The notes under the pieces are model-generated. The model ran no database searches. It was given only the letters and a program-made list of their open reading frames with translations, and was not told the DNA's origin. Source: a candidate division WOR-3 bacterium (GTDB lineage: Bacteria; Hydrothermota; Tepidihabitantia; Tepidihabitantales; Tepidihabitantaceae). From it: a stretch of 17,152 nucleotides of DNA. Numbering within the stretch: position 1 is the first letter of the stretch; each line of letters starts with the position of its first letter. Location of the stretch: positions 1 through 17,152 of the forward strand of contig CBFGIY010000054.1 of the NCBI GenBank assembly GCA_965648935.1. The letters are read 5' to 3'. A program made the position numbers and the translations under genes. This document shows positions 15,282 to 17,152 of the stretch, in pieces.

Positions 15282-15458
15282 AGAGCGTGAAAAGAAATGA
15301 GTCACGGGCAGCCCAGTTTCGCGGCAAGCTTATTGACCGAGCCGTTTGTTGAGACCGGGCTGCCGTGCTCGACAGTTTAGACCCGGTTTTCGCAAAAAGG
15401 TTCTGCCCATCGTGAACATCGTGTTGTCTGCCGCGCCTGATGCCGTCAATAGCTTGCC

Positions 15459-16700
15459 ATGGCTGATGTTACGGACCTGGCGATAGTCGGCGGCGGGGCG
15501 TCGGGCCTGGCCTGCGCGGTTGCCGCCGCGCGGCTGGGCCGGCGTGTTGTCGTGCTGGAGAAGACCGATGCGTGCGGCAAGAAGCTCGCGCTCGCCGGCG
15601 GCAGGAAAGGCAACTTCACCCACGCCTGCGCGCCGCGCGCGATGGCCGACCGGTTCGACTGCGACCCGCGCATTCTTGTCCCGTTGCTCAAGCGGTTCCC
15701 GTACCAGCGCATTATCGAGTTCTTTCGCTCGCTCGGCATCGAGCACCGCGTTGACGAGGACGGCTGTGTCTGGCCGTTGCGGGCCGACGCGGCCGGTCTG
15801 GTCCGCTCGCTGCTGGCCGGTCTTGCCGCATCGGGCGGCCGGGTCGAAACGCGGGCCCGGGTAACGCGGCTGGCGCCGGGTGAAGGCGTGGAACTCGAAG
15901 GCGGCCGCCTGGTCCGGGCGCAGAACACCGTGCTGGCGACCGGCGGTGCCAGCTACCCGCACACCGGCTCATCGGGCGACGCGGCATCCCTCGCCGCGGC
16001 GGCAGGTCTTGCCGTCGTGCCGTGGTTCGCGGCGCTGGCCTCGTTGCGGACGCGCGAGGACCTGTCGGCGCTGGCCGGCGCGACCCAGCCCAGGGTCGGG
16101 ATGGAGCTGGTCATCGACGGCGCGGTCAGGCGGTCGGCACAGGGGCACTTCATCTTCGCGCACGCGCACGTGTCCGGCTCGAGCGTGCTCAACCTCTGCG
16201 GCTATGCGGCGCGGGCCCTGGCCGAGGGCCGCAAGGTCGTCCTGCGGGTGGACTGGATTCCCGACACGAGCGAGTCGGAGCTGGCCGAGGAGTTCCGCCG
16301 GGCGCGGCGCGAGCACCCCAGGCGGCTTGCCGTGACCTTCATCAACCCGTGGATGCCGCGGCGACTGGCCCAGCTGCTCGTCGCGCGGTCGGGTGCCGAA
16401 CCGGGCAAGGTCATGGCCGAGCTGTCCCGAACCGACCAGGCCCGGCTGAGCGCCGCGGTCAAGGCCACGGAATTCGAGATTGTCGGCACCGAGCCGATCG
16501 AGCGCGCGACCGCGACCGGCGGCGGCGTCGCTCTGCACGAGGTCGACTTCGCCACGATGGCGGCGCGGCGCGTGCCCGGTCTGCATGTCGTGGGCGAAGC
16601 GCTGGACCTGTGGGGCGAAACCGGCGGCTACAACCTGCACTTTGCCTGGTCGAGCGGCATCGCCGCGGCCGAGGCGATCGCCGGCAGGCGGCTGGAGTGA
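15459..16700 (+). CDS. HI0933/YhiN (BaiN-like) family FAD-dependent oxidoreductase
   Basis: Motifs IVGGGASG, GKKLALAGG..GNFT, LATGGASYP.TGSSGD, ATATGGGV, GE.LD..GETGGYNL.FAWSSG. Confidence 0.93.
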   Translation: MADVTDLAIVGGGASGLACAVAAARLGRRVVVLEKTDACGKKLALAGGRKGNFTHACAPRAMADRFDCDPRILVPLLKRFPYQRIIEFFRSLGIEHRVDEDGCVWPLRADAAGLVRSLLAGLAASGGRVETRARVTRLAPGEGVELEGGRLVRAQNTVLATGGASYPHTGSSGDAASLAAAAGLAVVPWFAALASLRTREDLSALAGATQPRVGMELVIDGAVRRSAQGHFIFAHAHVSGSSVLNLCGYAARALAEGRKVVLRVDWIPDTSESELAEEFRRARREHPRRLAVTFINPWMPRRLAQLLVARSGAEPGKVMAELSRTDQARLSAAVKATEFEIVGTEPIERATATGGGVALHEVDFATMAARRVPGLHVVGEALDLWGETGGYNLHFAWSSGIAAAEAIAGRRLE

Positions 16701-17152
16701 TTATCAGGAACCCGCAGACCGCGCCCGACGCGTACGTGTTGCTGCTGTGGTGCCCGGCCGAGCGGACCTTGCGCGTGGGCGCGCTGGGGCGGCTTGCGTT
16801 CCGACCGGGTTACTACCTCTATGTCGGCTCGGGCGGGGCGAACGCGCTCAAGCGTGTCGAGCGGCACCTGCGCGCGACCAAGACCCGGCGCTGGCAGGTG
16901 GACTGGCTCACCAGCGGCCCGCAGCGTCTCTGCCCGGCCGAAGCGTGCATCCTGCCCGGTCTGGCGGAGTGTACCGTGGCCCGGGCGCTGGCGCGCGCGC
17001 TGGAACCCGCGCACCGGCTCGGCGCGTCGGACTGCTCCTGCCCCACGCACCTCTTCTACAGCGCGGACGCGGCGCACCTGCGCCGCGTCCTTGCGAAGCT
17101 GACTGCTCTCTCTAACGCGCTATTACCAGCCGTTCGGTGTAGCGGTCCGCCC
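16697..17152 (+). CDS. DUF123 / GIY-YIG (Uri superfamily) endonuclease-like protein, 3' end beyond window
   Basis: GTG overlaps the upstream TGA (GTGA). Manual translation gives AYVLLL...RVGALG.L.F.PGYYLYVGSG...RVERHL...WQVDWL...EC.VA..L...LGASDCSCPTHLFY. Open to the window end and not in the ORF track. Confidence 0.88.
   Translation, partial: MIIRNPQTAPDAYVLLLWCPAERTLRVGALGRLAFRPGYYLYVGSGGANALKRVERHLRATKTRRWQVDWLTSGPQRLCPAEACILPGLAECTVARALARALEPAHRLGASDCSCPTHLFYSADAAHLRRVLAKLTALSNALLPAVRCSGPP

Noticed and set aside
14060..17152. Two nucleases near each other as a defence system
   Set aside because: One is a secreted non-specific nuclease and the other a DUF123 protein in a separate transcription unit, among housekeeping-type genes. 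No defence-associated partners are present.

Overview
High-GC bacterial chromosomal window. The style of its secreted proteins (YxxKG propeller repeats, a T9SS-like C-terminal tail) suggests a WOR-3-like/FCB-associated lineage, which is inference only. Left to right it holds: a large secreted multidomain surface protein (minus strand, truncated at the window edge, missing from the ORF track); an ECF sigma / zinc anti-sigma / two membrane-anchored periplasmic-partner module; a Kelch-like propeller protein; mgtE; a lipoprotein with a clan-CD-peptidase-like His/Cys dyad; asnA; two divergent type I glutamine synthetases (alpha-like and beta-like); a secreted DRGH nuclease; yjbQ; an HI0933-family flavoprotein; and a DUF123/GIY-YIG gene (truncated, also missing from the track). 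The most unusual features are non-coding. (1) Two ~105-bp direct repeats bracket the lipoprotein gene and fold into the same long hairpin, with structure-preserving differences. (2) A 32-bp motif is duplicated in front of both the ECF sigma gene and its anti-sigma gene. (3) A near-consensus promoter is followed by a terminator/antiterminator leader ahead of the surface-protein gene. (4) A two-state hairpin region lies upstream of the HI0933 gene. (5) Back-to-back promoters are positioned for leaderless translation. No rRNA, tRNA, CRISPR array, integrase or transposase was seen.
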